Part shown: piece by piece, positions 38,844 through 50,450 of the stretch
Layout of the letters: each line of letters opens with the position of its first letter
How positions within the stretch are numbered: the first letter of the stretch is position 1
NCBI RefSeq assembly: GCF_018977255.1
Contig: NW_024704742.1
Coordinates: 104,658,001 to 104,722,000 of the forward strand
Length of the DNA: 64,000 bases
Source: Callorhinchus milii
Lineage: Eukaryota
Direction: 5' to 3'
Notes under the pieces: model-generated
What the model saw: only the letters and a program-made list of their open reading frames with translations
What the model was told of the DNA's origin: nothing
Databases searched by the model: none
Program-made: the position numbers and the translations under genes

Positions 38844-39056
38844 GGGCACGTTGGGAGGGAGAGGGTTTTAACAGAGAGTGGGGCAGGCAGTCTGGTCTCC
38901 CTGTTTTGTTGCAATCCCCCCCCAACTTTGTTTTGCATCACTAACACCCATTTAACCCATCATTCCCTGTCCTCTACCCCATTTTCTCCTGTGTCTCCCC
39001 TGCCCCGCCTCCTCCCCCCCCCCCCCCTCCGTGAGCCTCTCCCTCCCAACATGGCC

Positions 39057-39096
39057 CAGTTCTGAGGGAAGGACCGTGGACCCGAAACGTTGACTC
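39057..39096 (+). ncRNA. Minimal hammerhead ribozyme motif (degenerate)
   Basis: CAGTT-CTGAGGGAA-GGACC-GTG-GACCC-GAAA-CG-TT-GACTC: GAAACGTT intact, 5' core and helix II altered. Confidence 0.55.
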
Positions 39097-39189
39097 ACAC
39101 TTTCGCTTCTCCAACAGATGACCGCCTGCCTGACCTGCTGAGCGCTCCCGGCGACTGCTGTGGTTTTGTTTCCTCAGTTTAACATCTCA

Positions 39190-40330
39190 TCCACAGGACG
39201 GCATCGCCGACATCGCAGCCCTCCCTCAGCACTGCACTGCACTGCACTGGCGCGTCAGTCTCGCCGACACATCCAGACGTGGGAGCCGGATCCCACTGCC
39301 CTCCGGCTCAAGAGGCAAGAGCCCTCCCAGCCAAGCCAGGCGGACACATGCCCGTAATAATAATAATAATCCTTGCATTATTATTATTATTATTATTATT
39401 CCTGTACTGCATAGTTTTAAAAAAAAACAGCTGCGCGCAGCCACTGCAAAAGTCAAACGCGAGCCCCGGGGATTTGTGTGGGCGGACTCCTCCCCATTTC
39501 AGGGTCAGGGCCTGATCAAGGCCCTCCAGCCGCTTTATCGACTCACAACCGAAAGGCCGGGCTGACGAACCCCTCGTGCTTCCCCCCCCCAAATACTCGC
39601 CGGTAGATCCTGTCGCCTTCTCGGGAAGGGCAGCGCCCGCCGCCCCTTCCGCCGCAGTATCTGTCGCCGCCGCCCCTGCACTGTAGGGCGGTCTCTCCCC
39701 CCAGGGCCCAGCCGCCTGTCCCCGGAACCGGCCCTCGGTTATCCAGTCGTCCGTGCAGTAGTCCGATGACCTTGCGGACGGCGGCGCGGGGGCCTGGCGC
39801 TGATAGCCGTCCGACGATGCATCCCCGTAGTCCCGGGAGCTCAGGCCGCCGGCGAAGGCGTGCGGGCGCCGCGAATGCATCCGACAAACGAGTCCGTCCA
39901 AAGGCAAACGTCACCAACCGACACCGCGCGAGCGCCACCAACGGTCATCAACCGACACCGCGTGAGCGCACCTGACGTCAGCGCTTCCGAGCGCGGACCC
40001 CTCCTTTCTGCGACGCAGCTGACGCAACAGTTGCCTCTCTGTGTCGTCACTACCAGAAGCCGCGCTCCACCGCGCAAAGCCCCTGTGGGCCAGTGGGGGC
40101 GGTGCTGGTGGAGCAGCACTCAGGGGCTGTTTGGAGATGACCTGGCACCAAGGTGACATGCCTGGCAATGAGTGTAGGGCTTGAGACAGCCCTCCGTGAC
40201 CGTCTCTAGTCTGGTTCCTGAGCCAAGCGGGTCCGCAGTATTCCAGGCTACTACTCCAGCCGGGCTCCTCTGACAGACCAGTCACTGGGGGCAGAGAGTC
40301 ATCCACTCAGCTCCCGTTAACCCTGCAAGC
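39190..40330. promoter_or_regulatory. CpG island / SLC25A46 promoter
   Basis: The only strongly CpG-rich stretch in the window; spans exon 1. Contains a full CRE TGACGTCA (39973-39980) and an adjacent ETS-like CTTCCG (39984-39989). Confidence 0.85.
39601..39880 (-). CDS. SLC25A46: SLC25A46 coding exon 1 (MHSRRPHAFAGGL...WGERPPY...KATGST)
   Basis: ATG at 39880. N-terminus resembles vertebrate MHPRRPDGFDGLGY and ...WGEKSPPY. Lies in a CpG island. Phase-1 end at a CCG|GCGAGT donor fits exon 2. The 3' boundary is less certain (alternative GT donor at 39547). Confidence 0.85.
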
Positions 40331-40789
40331 CGAAGCCCTCACGGGTTGGGTGGTCCCAGCCGGACAAGTAACGGGAAAGTTTGTCAGACAGCAATATCAA
40401 TGGCAAGCTATGCGGGTTTAGTTAGACTTGCCAACTGGCGCGTAATACTTTGTGGAATTAGGTAAGCAGGATGCGTCCCTCCAGGGAGAGAGTGCGCATT
40501 CCTTTCCAGTAACCTATCTCTGGGTTTTCCATGAGTAGCAGGGATGCATGAATTCTCAGCTTGGTTTGGTTTCTCAAAATACCCTTTGAGAAGTTTTCCT
40601 TTTAAAATTGAGGGCACTCTGAAAATGTAGTAGCTGACCTTCAAATGGATTTGTAGACTTTGGGGATGATAATTTGATGCACAGGGGGACCTCCAGTAGA
40701 CTTGTTTGCACCCAGTTGAGCGAAAGTTCACCCTGAAAATGATCGTCTTTGACACTGTTGAGTTAAAAGTTCTTGAATTTGATCTAGGG

Positions 40790-41150
40790 CTTTCACACTG
40801 GGAGGACATCTCTGAGCACTTCACAGGATTTACTGTAAAGTGTGCCTTTATTTCGTAGGCAAACACGGATTTGTCAGTGTCCCACAAACAGCCATGAAGT
40901 AAATGACCAATTTTATCCTAGGGATCTTTTTGGGCCAGGATACCAGGAGATACTTTTTGAATAGCGCCATGGGATTTTCTTTAGTGTCCGCATGAACAGG
41001 CAGAAGGGACCTCAGTTTAATGTCTCATCCGAAGGACAACATCTCCCAGCACTTTATTGGACTTTAGACTGTGATTTAAAATGCTGAAGTGGGGTTTGAA
41101 CTCACAATCTCAAAGGCAAGAATGCTACCAACTGAGCCAGGCTGACATAT
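40790..41150 (-). mobile_element. Deu-domain-like SINE (other copies ~3260-3650+, 4830-5200+, 6700-7100-, 13010-13305+, 42990-43230-, 49170-49570+)
   Basis: Reverse strand reads CCTTCGGATGAGACATTAAACTGAGGTCCC...ATCCCATGGCGCTATT...TCCTGGCC, resembling the DeuSINE central domain, plus the shared L2-type tail. Confidence 0.7.
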
Positions 41151-42185
41151 ACAACTGATCAAGTTGCAGCTAATGTCATTTCCTGCGCCTTGCACATAGT
41201 GTACCTGCACAGGTCACAGGAAGTAATATCAGGGTCAACCTGATGGTGCAGAAGCCATTTTCTTTATGGACCCAATGTAATGTGGTATTTTGCGGTGCTT
41301 AATATTTTTGATCCAAAACATATAACAGGATTGCCCTGTATTTCTCAGGTTGCTTTACCAGTGTACAAAATTTGAGGGTTGGGCTAGAAACATAGAAATT
41401 TGCAGTAAAGGAGAATACCATTTGGCCCATCATAAGCTGTTTACCATGTACTTTTTTAAAACAGCTCGAAAAAGTGTTTTGAAAACTTTTAATTTTTTTA
41501 GGGGAGAAATGTTATTTTATCATCGTAACATCACTGAAAAGTAATACGATGATATGTTACGTTGCAGCGTTCCATCATGTATTTGTAGACAATAGAAAAA
41601 AGTTATCAAAACCTTTCCAAAAGTAAGCTGTCTTTTTAACTCAGTTGGATAACGGCAGCCTAAATTTAAAGATAACTGAGAATACACAAGTTTGACCCTC
41701 CTGGTTTGGAGATCAATTGGATTGAGAGGGTCAGTAATCAAACCACAATTTCCATTGGTACCTATATAATCCAACAAGCAATGGTCAACTCTGCATTTGA
41801 ACTTCTGCAAACAAGGGATAGAAGCTGCAAAAATGACATTGGTGTCTATTTATGCTGATCGTGAAAAGTACCTGTAGAGATCTTTTTGTTGTGTCGTTAT
41901 AATAAGATTTCCAATTCCATTATAAATGTATAATGAAATGATTGCTGTTTTTAGCAATCAGCATCATATAATCTTCACTGACTAGTTACCAAATTACACA
42001 TGGAAAAACATTAGAAGTATACTGCACTGAAAGGTCTGATAAAGTATTAAAATGATAAATACTGGAAAATATGCTCCTAGACAAAGTTAATTTATTCTGA
42101 GGGTACCACATTGGCATTATGTGTTGTGTTATTTCATTCCAAGTGCTTATCTATTCATTCTGTTTTCCAGTTAATGTTGTTTGGC

Positions 42186-42988
42186 TCCGTGACCCCATCA
42201 CTTCCACCCTCGCCCGACTCCACTGGCTCCTCATCCCTCAGAGGATTGAATTCAAGATTCTCATCCTCATTTTCAAGGCCATCCATGGCCTTGCCCCCTC
42301 CTACCTCTCTGATCTGCTGACTCCCTACCAACCTGCCTGCTCCCTCCGTTCATCGGGCTCTGGCCTGCTCCATGTGGAGTCCTGTAGCTCAGTGGTTAGA
42401 GCACTCGCTTTGCAAGCGAGAGACCTGAGTTCAATTCCAGGCAGAGAGCGAAACCTTGGGCAAGTTTCCTTACTCCACACAGAGCCTAATAATAATCGCT
42501 CCAAAACCCAAAACAATAATAAATTGATCATTTTCAATCTACCACTGTTTGTGGGACATTGCTGTGCGCAATTGGCTGCCGCGTTCGCCCACAAATATAC
42601 AGTCAATTCACTTTACAGTGTGTTCTGTGAAGAGCTTTGGGACGTCCTCCCGATGTGAAAAGCGCTATATCAAATGCAAGGATTATTATTATTATTATGT
42701 CTCCCGCCCGACCCGCTCTACCATTGGTGGCCGGGCTTTCAGCCTCTCTGCCCCCAGACTCTGGAACTCCATCCCACAGTCCCTTTGCCTCGCTTCCTCC
42801 CTTGCCTCTTTCAAGGCCGGTCTCAAGCCTCTCCTCTTCTATCATGCCTTCAGTCACCCTCCCACCTCTCTGCCTTCCCTCACCCCTACCCCACTCCTCC
42901 CCCATGCTCAAATCCTGACTCCTGACAGTCCAGTGCCTTGGGACGTTCTCCCGACGTGAAAGGCTCTCTATAAAAGAATTTTTGTTGT
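42186..42988 (+). mobile_element. L2 LINE 3' portion split by a SINE
   Basis: LRDPITSTLARLHWL...; tail TTGGGACGTTCTCCCGACGTGAAAGGC. Confidence 0.9.
42376..42696 (+). mobile_element. Young tRNA-derived SINE inserted in L2
   Basis: Full length; flanked by an ATGT duplication; the L2 is contiguous across it. Confidence 0.92.
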
Positions 42989-43627
42989 AATAATAATAAT
43001 CTTTGCGTTTGATGTAGGGCCTTCCTTGTCAGGATGATGTCTCAAAGCTTTTCACAAGATTCACTGTGAAGTGGAGTGACTGTATTTTTGGAGGAAAATC
43101 TGCAGCCAATTTGAGCACAGCAGTGTTTATATGGGGGATTGTTGGTCAGGACACCAGGAGAAACTCCCTTCTCTTTTCAAATAGAGTCATGGGATCTTTA
43201 ATGTCCAACTGAACGGGTAAATGTTCCGGTTTGGCTTTGGGCATTGTCCTGTATATTTCCTGTATAAATCATCACGTCCAGACTAAACTACTCCAACTCT
43301 CTGCTCATGGGACTTCCCTCTCTTCCCTTCACCACCTGCAGACCGTCCAGAACTCTGCAGTTCATGTCCTCTCCTGCATTACCCTCCGTCAGCCTATCAC
43401 TCCCATCCTCTTTGGCCTAACTGTTCCCCATCCCCCAGAGGTTGAGTTCAAGATCTTCCTACACATTTTTAAAGCCCTCCGCAGTCTTGCCCCACTCTAT
43501 CTCTGCGGCCTTCTTAAACCTTAACAACCTGCTTCATATTCCCTTCCCTGCCTGCCCCAACATTAGCAGTTTGGTTTTCAGCCTAGTTGCCCCCATTTTC
43601 TGGAACTCCATCCTGGAGTCCCTAGTC

Positions 43628-44985
43628 ACAAGGCGCTGGACAGTCAGTGTTTCAGGCCTGAGCTGGGGGTTGGGATTGGGGAGGGTGGAGGACGGGGAAA
43701 GGAGGATGACTGAAGGCACAGTCAAAGAGGAGGGTCTTGAGACGGATATTGGAGGAGGCAAGGGAGGGGGGTGAGGTGAAGGGATGGCGGGATGGAGTTC
43801 CAGAGGCAGAGTGGGGTGGGCGAGGCAGGGGACATGAAGCAGGCAGAGCCCGTTGAGTGGAGGGAGTGGGTAGGTTGTTAGGGGGTTAGAAGGTCGCAGA
43901 AGTAGTGGGGAGCAAGACCATGGAGGGCTTTAAAGGTGAGGACCAGGGTCTTGAACTGTATCCTCTGTGTGATGGGAAGCCGGTGGAGTTGGGCAAGGAT
44001 GGGGGTGATAGGGTCACAGAGCATGGTGCGGGAGATGACACAGGATGCAGAGTTCTGGATGATCTGCAGCCTATGGAGGGAAGAGTTGGGGAGGCCAACA
44101 AGCAGGGAGTTTGCATAGTGAAGCCTGGATGTAATGAATGCTTGTACGAGGGTCTCAGTGGACTGCGGTGTGAAACAGTGGCGGAGCCGGGCGATGTTGC
44201 GGAGGTGGGGGAGGGCAGAGCAGATCATGGCACGGATGTAGGGTAGAAAGGATAGTTGCGGGTCAAATAAGATGGAGTAAGGTGGAGTGTGCACCATGGA
44301 TGGTGATACTGTCAGCGCCTGAGGTGTGGAGGTGGTGATGGGAACCAATCAGGAGAGCCTCGGTTGTTGAAGTACAACTGTAGAAAGTTAGCTCTCATCC
44401 AGGACTTGATGTCTGACAGACATTCTGTCAGGACAGCAGTGGTCCTGGAGTCGAGACTGGAGGCAGAGAGATTGAGTTGGGTGTCATCCCCATACATGTG
44501 GAAATTGACCCCGTGTCTACGGATGATGTCACCAAGAGGGAGCATATAGATATTGAAGAGGAGGGGACCAAGGACAGAGCCCTGAGTAATGCCACACAAG
44601 ACGGTGCGGGGGCTAGAGCAGAAGACGGTTGTGGAGATGAAGTGGAGGCGCTGTGAAAGGTAGGATCTGAACCATTCAAGGACAGAACCATGAAGGTTGA
44701 GGTGAGAGTAGAGGCAGTAGAGGAGGATAGTGGTTGACAGTGTCGAAGACAGCAGAAAGGTAAGGAGGACGAGGAGGCAGAGGAAGCCCTGGTTGCAGAT
44801 GGACAGAATGTCATTTGTCACTTTGAACAAGGCTGTTTCTGTGCTGTGGGAGGCACGGAAACCCGATTAGAGGGGATCGTGAAGTGAGTGGTGGAAGAGG
44901 AAGGAGTGAAGATGGGAAGCAACGACTTGTTCCAGGAACTTGGAAAGGAAAGGGAGCTTGGAGATGGGGCAGTAGTTTGAGAGCT
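43628..44985 (-). mobile_element. L2 LINE (RT + 3' end)
   Basis: KVTNDIL, QGSVLGPLLFNIYMLPLGDIIRRHGVNFHMYGDDTQL. Confidence 0.92.
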
Positions 44986-46039
44986 ACCTAATAAATAAGA
45001 AGCACAAACCATATAGATCACATATTGCAAGTTTGAATCCTACTCTATATTGAATAACCTGAACTCAGCATCACTGTATTGCTACACAGTCAAAACTCTG
45101 CCACCCGCATTCTCACCATCACTAAACTCCGTGCCTCCATTATCTCAGTCCTTGTCAAACTCCATTAGCTCCCTGTCACCGAGCGGATCGATTTCAAGAT
45201 CCTTACTCTTATATTTAAATCCCTTTGCGCACACTCTGGCACCTCCTCCCATCTCTCCAACCTGCTCTCTCCCTACACTACTGCCCGCTGCCTCCGCTTG
45301 ATTGGCTCCGGTCTCCTCCTTATCCCCTGGACCCTCTGCCCCACCATTGGCGGTTGTGCTACACCCCACTATACCCCAAAAGTGTGGAACTCTCTCCCTC
45401 AATCCCTTTGCCTTGTCCACTCTCTCCCATTTTTAGGTTGCACTTGAAGACATTCCTCTTCAATTGTGCGTATGGTCACCTTCCCCCTCCCCCTAGCTCA
45501 GCACTATTAAGCGCTCCCAGACGCCATCTGATGTAAAGGGCGCTATATAAATGCAAGTTGCTGTTGTCGGGGGGAGGGGAAATCTATGGTGTCTGATTTA
45601 ATGCAGCGAGTATATCTGTTTTACGCATACCAGAAAGTTAACAAAAAGTACCATTCTGCTATTCCTGTTCAATTCACAGTTCACACTTTGAACACCTAGA
45701 AGACGGAAGTGAGAGAAAAAACAATTTTGTTTTGAGGAACTAAGATAGTAAAGGGGAAGCATCTCCCCGAGGCAGTCCCAGAGATAGAGAATGTACCCCC
45801 AACTGCTGGCGATGTTAACATGTGCCAGTAGATTGGACAAATGTACTAGTTGGTGTGCTGCATTTCAATTAATTTAATTGAAGCCCTGCCTACTGTGGTC
45901 CTTGCAATTCCCTGACAAATGGGCTTCCACCTTAATGGGTTTGGTTTTGCTTCATGGTCTCAAAGCAGCATGAATAATTTTGGATTTTCCAAAGATAAAT
46001 TTGTCTAATTATGAACATGCTGTGCATTCCAACTGAGTT

Positions 46040-46265
46040 GCCATGCCTTCAGCTCCCCTCTCGACTCTCTACCCCCTCCTCGCTCCCTCCCTTCCCTCCC
46101 CTCACCCTGACCATTTCCCCCCTCCTCGCCCCCTCCCTTCCCTCCCCTCACCCTGACCATTTCCCCCTGCTCGGGTCATGACCCAACTGTGCAGCGCCTT
46201 GGGAAGTCCTCCTGACGTGAAAGGCGCTTTATAAATGGAATCTTGTTGTTGTTGTTGTTGTTGTT
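46040..46265 (+). mobile_element. Short young L2 3' end with (GTT)n tail
   Basis: Reverse complement of the 19330-19560 3'UTR, including the CCCTCACCCTGACCATTTCCCC repeat. Confidence 0.88.
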
Positions 46266-46499
46266 AAAACCTCCAGAAATGTTTAATTTATTTTTATTGC
46301 AACTGTCCTGCATTTTATACACTAAATGGAACAGTAAATAGCTAAAAAAAGGTTCTCTTTTCAAAAGAAAATATTGCATTTATCTTTCAAGTACTGAAGA
46401 CCTACTTTGAAGTATCATTTTTTAAACATACAACAACAACTTGCATTTATACTGTGCCTTTCATATGGGGTGGCATCTTGGAGTGCTTAACTCTGGGGA

Positions 46500-47365
46500 A
46501 GCTTGATGACACCCAAATCTACTTCTCTTCCTCCAGGTCTGCTGATGTTCTGTCAACTTGCTTGGAGCTTGGAGTTGGAGCATTAGTTTGAGAGCTTCAA
46601 GCGCAAACTTCTTGCAGTTAAATGTCGACAAGACTCTCGTCATCGTCTTCTCTCCTGCGGCTCTGACCTCCTTAACCTTCCCAGCCTATCCATAAGACTT
46701 ACCAAATGTGTGTGTAACCTAGGTGTCAGATTTGATCCTCAGCTGTCCTTTCCACCACATATCCAATCCCTAATCAGGCCTGTTTTCCTCCACGTCTATC
46801 CCACCGCACCCAACGCAGCCGAAACCCTCATCCACACTTTTGTCATTTCCCATCTTGATTATTATTATTATGTCCTCCTCACCAGTCTCCCCAGCTGCAC
46901 TATCCATATATCCCAACTAATTAAAAACTCCACCACCCGTTTACTCAAGCGTATCCCCATCACAACCGTCCTTGCCAGGCTCCACTGACTCTCTAATACA
47001 AAACGGATCGACTTCAAGATTTCTCACATTCGTCTACCAGTCCCTTCATTTCCTGGTACCTCCCTATGTCTCTAACCTGCTTACTCCCCACTCCATAACC
47101 TACCACCTCCACTTAGTTGGATCCAGCCTCTTGTTGTCCCTCACGCCCAACGCTCCACCATCGTCGGCCGTGGTTTTACTATGCCCTGAAATTTTGGAAC
47201 TCTAGCTCAATCCCTCTACCTTGCCTCCTCCTTCCCCATTTTCAGATCATGTCTGAAGACCTTCTATGACCATGCTTAGGGTCACCTCCCCCCAGCTCTG
47301 TGTCAGGCCCCGAGACTCTACCCTGCATGAAGGTTGCTATACAAATGCAAATTGTTGTTGTTGTA
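46500..47365 (+). mobile_element. Old L2 LINE fragment
   Basis: DDTQIY, NLGVRFDPQLSF, AAETLIHTFVISHLDY motifs and tail. Confidence 0.8.
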
Positions 47366-48409
47366 CCTCTCCACATTTATGTCAGTTACAAGCAAAAACA
47401 AGTGTGAACATAATAACTTTAACAGATAAACAGAGATATGAAAATTTAAAACTTAAATTGGCTCTAAAAATTTTCCACAAACATTTGAAGAATGGAAGTA
47501 ATTGTAGCCTTACAACAACACTCTCACCAACATTTACACATAATATACATGTCAACAGACATCAATTCCTGGAAGATTTTTGTTGCCATCTTCATCTAGA
47601 ACAACTGAGGGATAATCTTTTGGACACTATCTTTCCAAATTAGTCAAAAAGGTATGTTCAAGTGTCTCTGAAGTGTGAAGTCTGTGAACTGGGAAGGAGC
47701 TTGTAAAATCAAGTTGAGGCAGTAATCATGAACAGTTGAGTGAGTTAATTCTCTTGATCAACTTTAGCTTGCAGCCTGCAGCACTAGGTTGAGAAGAGAT
47801 GTTTCTGTGGACCTCTGCCAATTCCCAGCAATGTTTACCATAGTTGCCTCCATGCTGAGTTGGAGACATTTATCCATTCATAACCACAAAATACACTTTA
47901 CAGAGTAGTCCGTGAAGCACTTTGAAACGTCTCGAAGATGTGATTCGGTGCTATATCAAATGCAAAGATTATTATTATTGATCCCCTATAGACTTCTTCA
48001 GCAGCACGCTGGATTCAGAGCGTGTCAATTTTATCTATTTCAAGTGCTAAGTTGAGAGAACACTCCAATAAGAATCGCTGCTTCTAGCTATACAGACACT
48101 ATTAGAAACAGATATTTATGGCTGAAAGCAGCATTAGTTGACATTAAAGAATGTTTTCTTGAAGCAAAAAGTTCCCAATTCTACCTGCTGCATAATTTGC
48201 CGTGATGGGACCTTGGACAGTAATCCTTGCATTTTTTGATATAGCGCTTTTCACGTCGGGAGGACATCCCAAAGCAGCATGTAGCTTGTGAACCCCAAGC
48301 ACAGCTTGACATATACAGTATTAAAATTGGTGTTAAAAGCCTCATAAAAGATGGAAATAGAAAAATAACATAGCTCTGAACCCCACCAGTTAATGAGGAA
48401 CAACTTTTT

Positions 48410-48727
48410 GGAGTCCTGTAGCTCAGTGGTTAGAGCACTTGCCTTGCAAGCGAGTCACCTGGGTTCAATTCCAGGCAGGTCGAAACCTTGGGCAAGTTTC
48501 CTTACTCCAACGTGCCTAATAATAGTAATCTCTCCAAAACAAAACAACAATAAATTGGTCATTTTCAGTCCATGACTGTTTGTGGGACACTGCTGTGCGC
48601 AATTGGCTGCTACGTTTCGCCCACAAATATACGGTCAATTCACTTTAGAGTCTATTCTGTGAAGCGCTTTGAGACGTCGAGAAGACGTGAAAAGTGCTAT
48701 ATATCAAATGCAAGGATTATTATTATT
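48410..48727 (+). mobile_element. tRNA-derived SINE, intermediate subfamily
   Basis: Short body like the young copies, but tail hairpin GAGACGTC-GAGAA-GACGTG. Confidence 0.9.
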
Positions 48728-50450
48728 TTACTTCAATACCATGGAAAAGTTTACACAAAATCCTTCGGAATTTGGTATGATTTTTTTAGAAAATCTGTCT
48801 TAAATTTTCCCTCCAATTTTATTTATTTCAAATTATTACCTTTACAGAGAATTAATTTAATGGAAATCGATACCCTACTGAGCCACAGAGAATGGTGGAG
48901 ATTTCTGTTTGTGCACCTTCTAAAGTGTCCACGAGGTGTCAGCAGATATACATTTCACCATCTGAGTTATTTTTTAAAAAGAATAAGCCATTCACATATA
49001 CAGAAAGCAGGTGAATGTATCACAAAGAATATTACTTAAAATTTGAATTGGTATAATGTATGTGTGTGTATGTTGGGGGGAGGGTTCTTGGTGGCTGAAC
49101 TGGTTCTGATAAAAAAAAATTGAAAAAATGGTGTAGCTTCGAAGAAACCCAATGCAAATGTATAGGTATAATAGTCCCTCAGCTCAATCCCAAATAGCTG
49201 AGTCAGTCCTCATTGGGTAATATTATTCTTGTTAGTTAGCAATATTCTGTCGCATCAGTTTTTCTAATTTTTTTTGACGTTTGAACTCATATAGTTTCAG
49301 CTGTTATTCCAAAGCAGTGCCGGAGTGTGCTGTGTTGTCGGAGGCCCCATTCTTCGGATGAGACTTTAAACTGAGTCCCCGTCTACCTGTTCAGGTGAAT
49401 ATCAGGCATTATTTGAAAAGGGAAGTGAGTTTCATTGCGGTGTGCAAATTGTCTGCCACAATCACTTACAGTATACACAATGATTGCACTCTACAGTAAA
49501 TCCTCAGGAGCACTTTGATACATCCTCCCAATGTGAAAGGTGCTACATGAAATGCAAGGATTATTATTATTTACTATAAATAGACTAGACTGGTTTACAT
49601 TTCAGTTGTGAGAATGAATGCTACCAAAATCACAAACATTAATAAAGCACTGCTACTATTTTTGCCAAACTAGTTCCTTTGTCGAGTGAATTTGAATCAG
49701 ACCTCCCTAATGAGGTTTATCATTCTTAAAGAAACTGCACATTTGTAAACTGATAATGTCCAGTGTCTATCCTGATTAATAAGTAATTTGGATTGGATTT
49801 GAATTGGATCAGTAACACGAGAATGATGCAAATCAAAGTAGAGTAGAATAATCATTCACATTGGGAGGATATCTTAAAGTGCTTCACAGGATCTACTGTA
49901 ATGTACGGTGACTCTATTCTGCAGGTGACTATTGTACAAAGAGACACAAATTGGTTGATTTAGGGTTAACTTCCAAATAGAGTTATTTCTTATTAAAACA
50001 AAAAACACTGAATATTCACAGAATACCAAACATATTCCTCTGTGCATCAGTGCCATCAGAGAAGGGATTGCAAGGAAGTATTTGTTCATTTCCATTTGAA
50101 CCTATATCGATAGCCTGCAATACTATTCCCAAACAGACATTTTGCAGTTAATTTTTGAAGGTATAAATGAACGTAGCAATAACAGAGGAATACACGAGAC
50201 TGCAAAAGACATTTACATCCATTGGACAGGTCCCAAAGTAGACAAAAAATTCTAAATCACTCCACCTCTCATGCCCTCAATACATCTGTTTACCAAATCT
50301 TTCTAACCTTACACCTCACTTGAGGCTTGTTAATTTTCAACTTATATTTTCTACTTTTGTGCTAACAATCTAAGTTAAATAACTTACTTACATCTATACC
50401 ATCTTAGCATATGAGATCAATAAGAAATATTTTTGTGAGTAATGATGGGA

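Larger units (their letters stand above)
38704..39190. mobile_element. Penelope-like element: two inverted terminal-repeat copies flanking ~210 bp
   Basis: 38704-38843 (minus) and 39057-39190 (plus) are reverse complements of each other and match 12380-12483. Confidence 0.75.

Noticed and set aside
39881..39907. Upstream in-frame TTG start extending SLC25A46
   Set aside because: Artefact of the alternative-start ORF caller; homology begins at the ATG at 39880 (MHSRRP).
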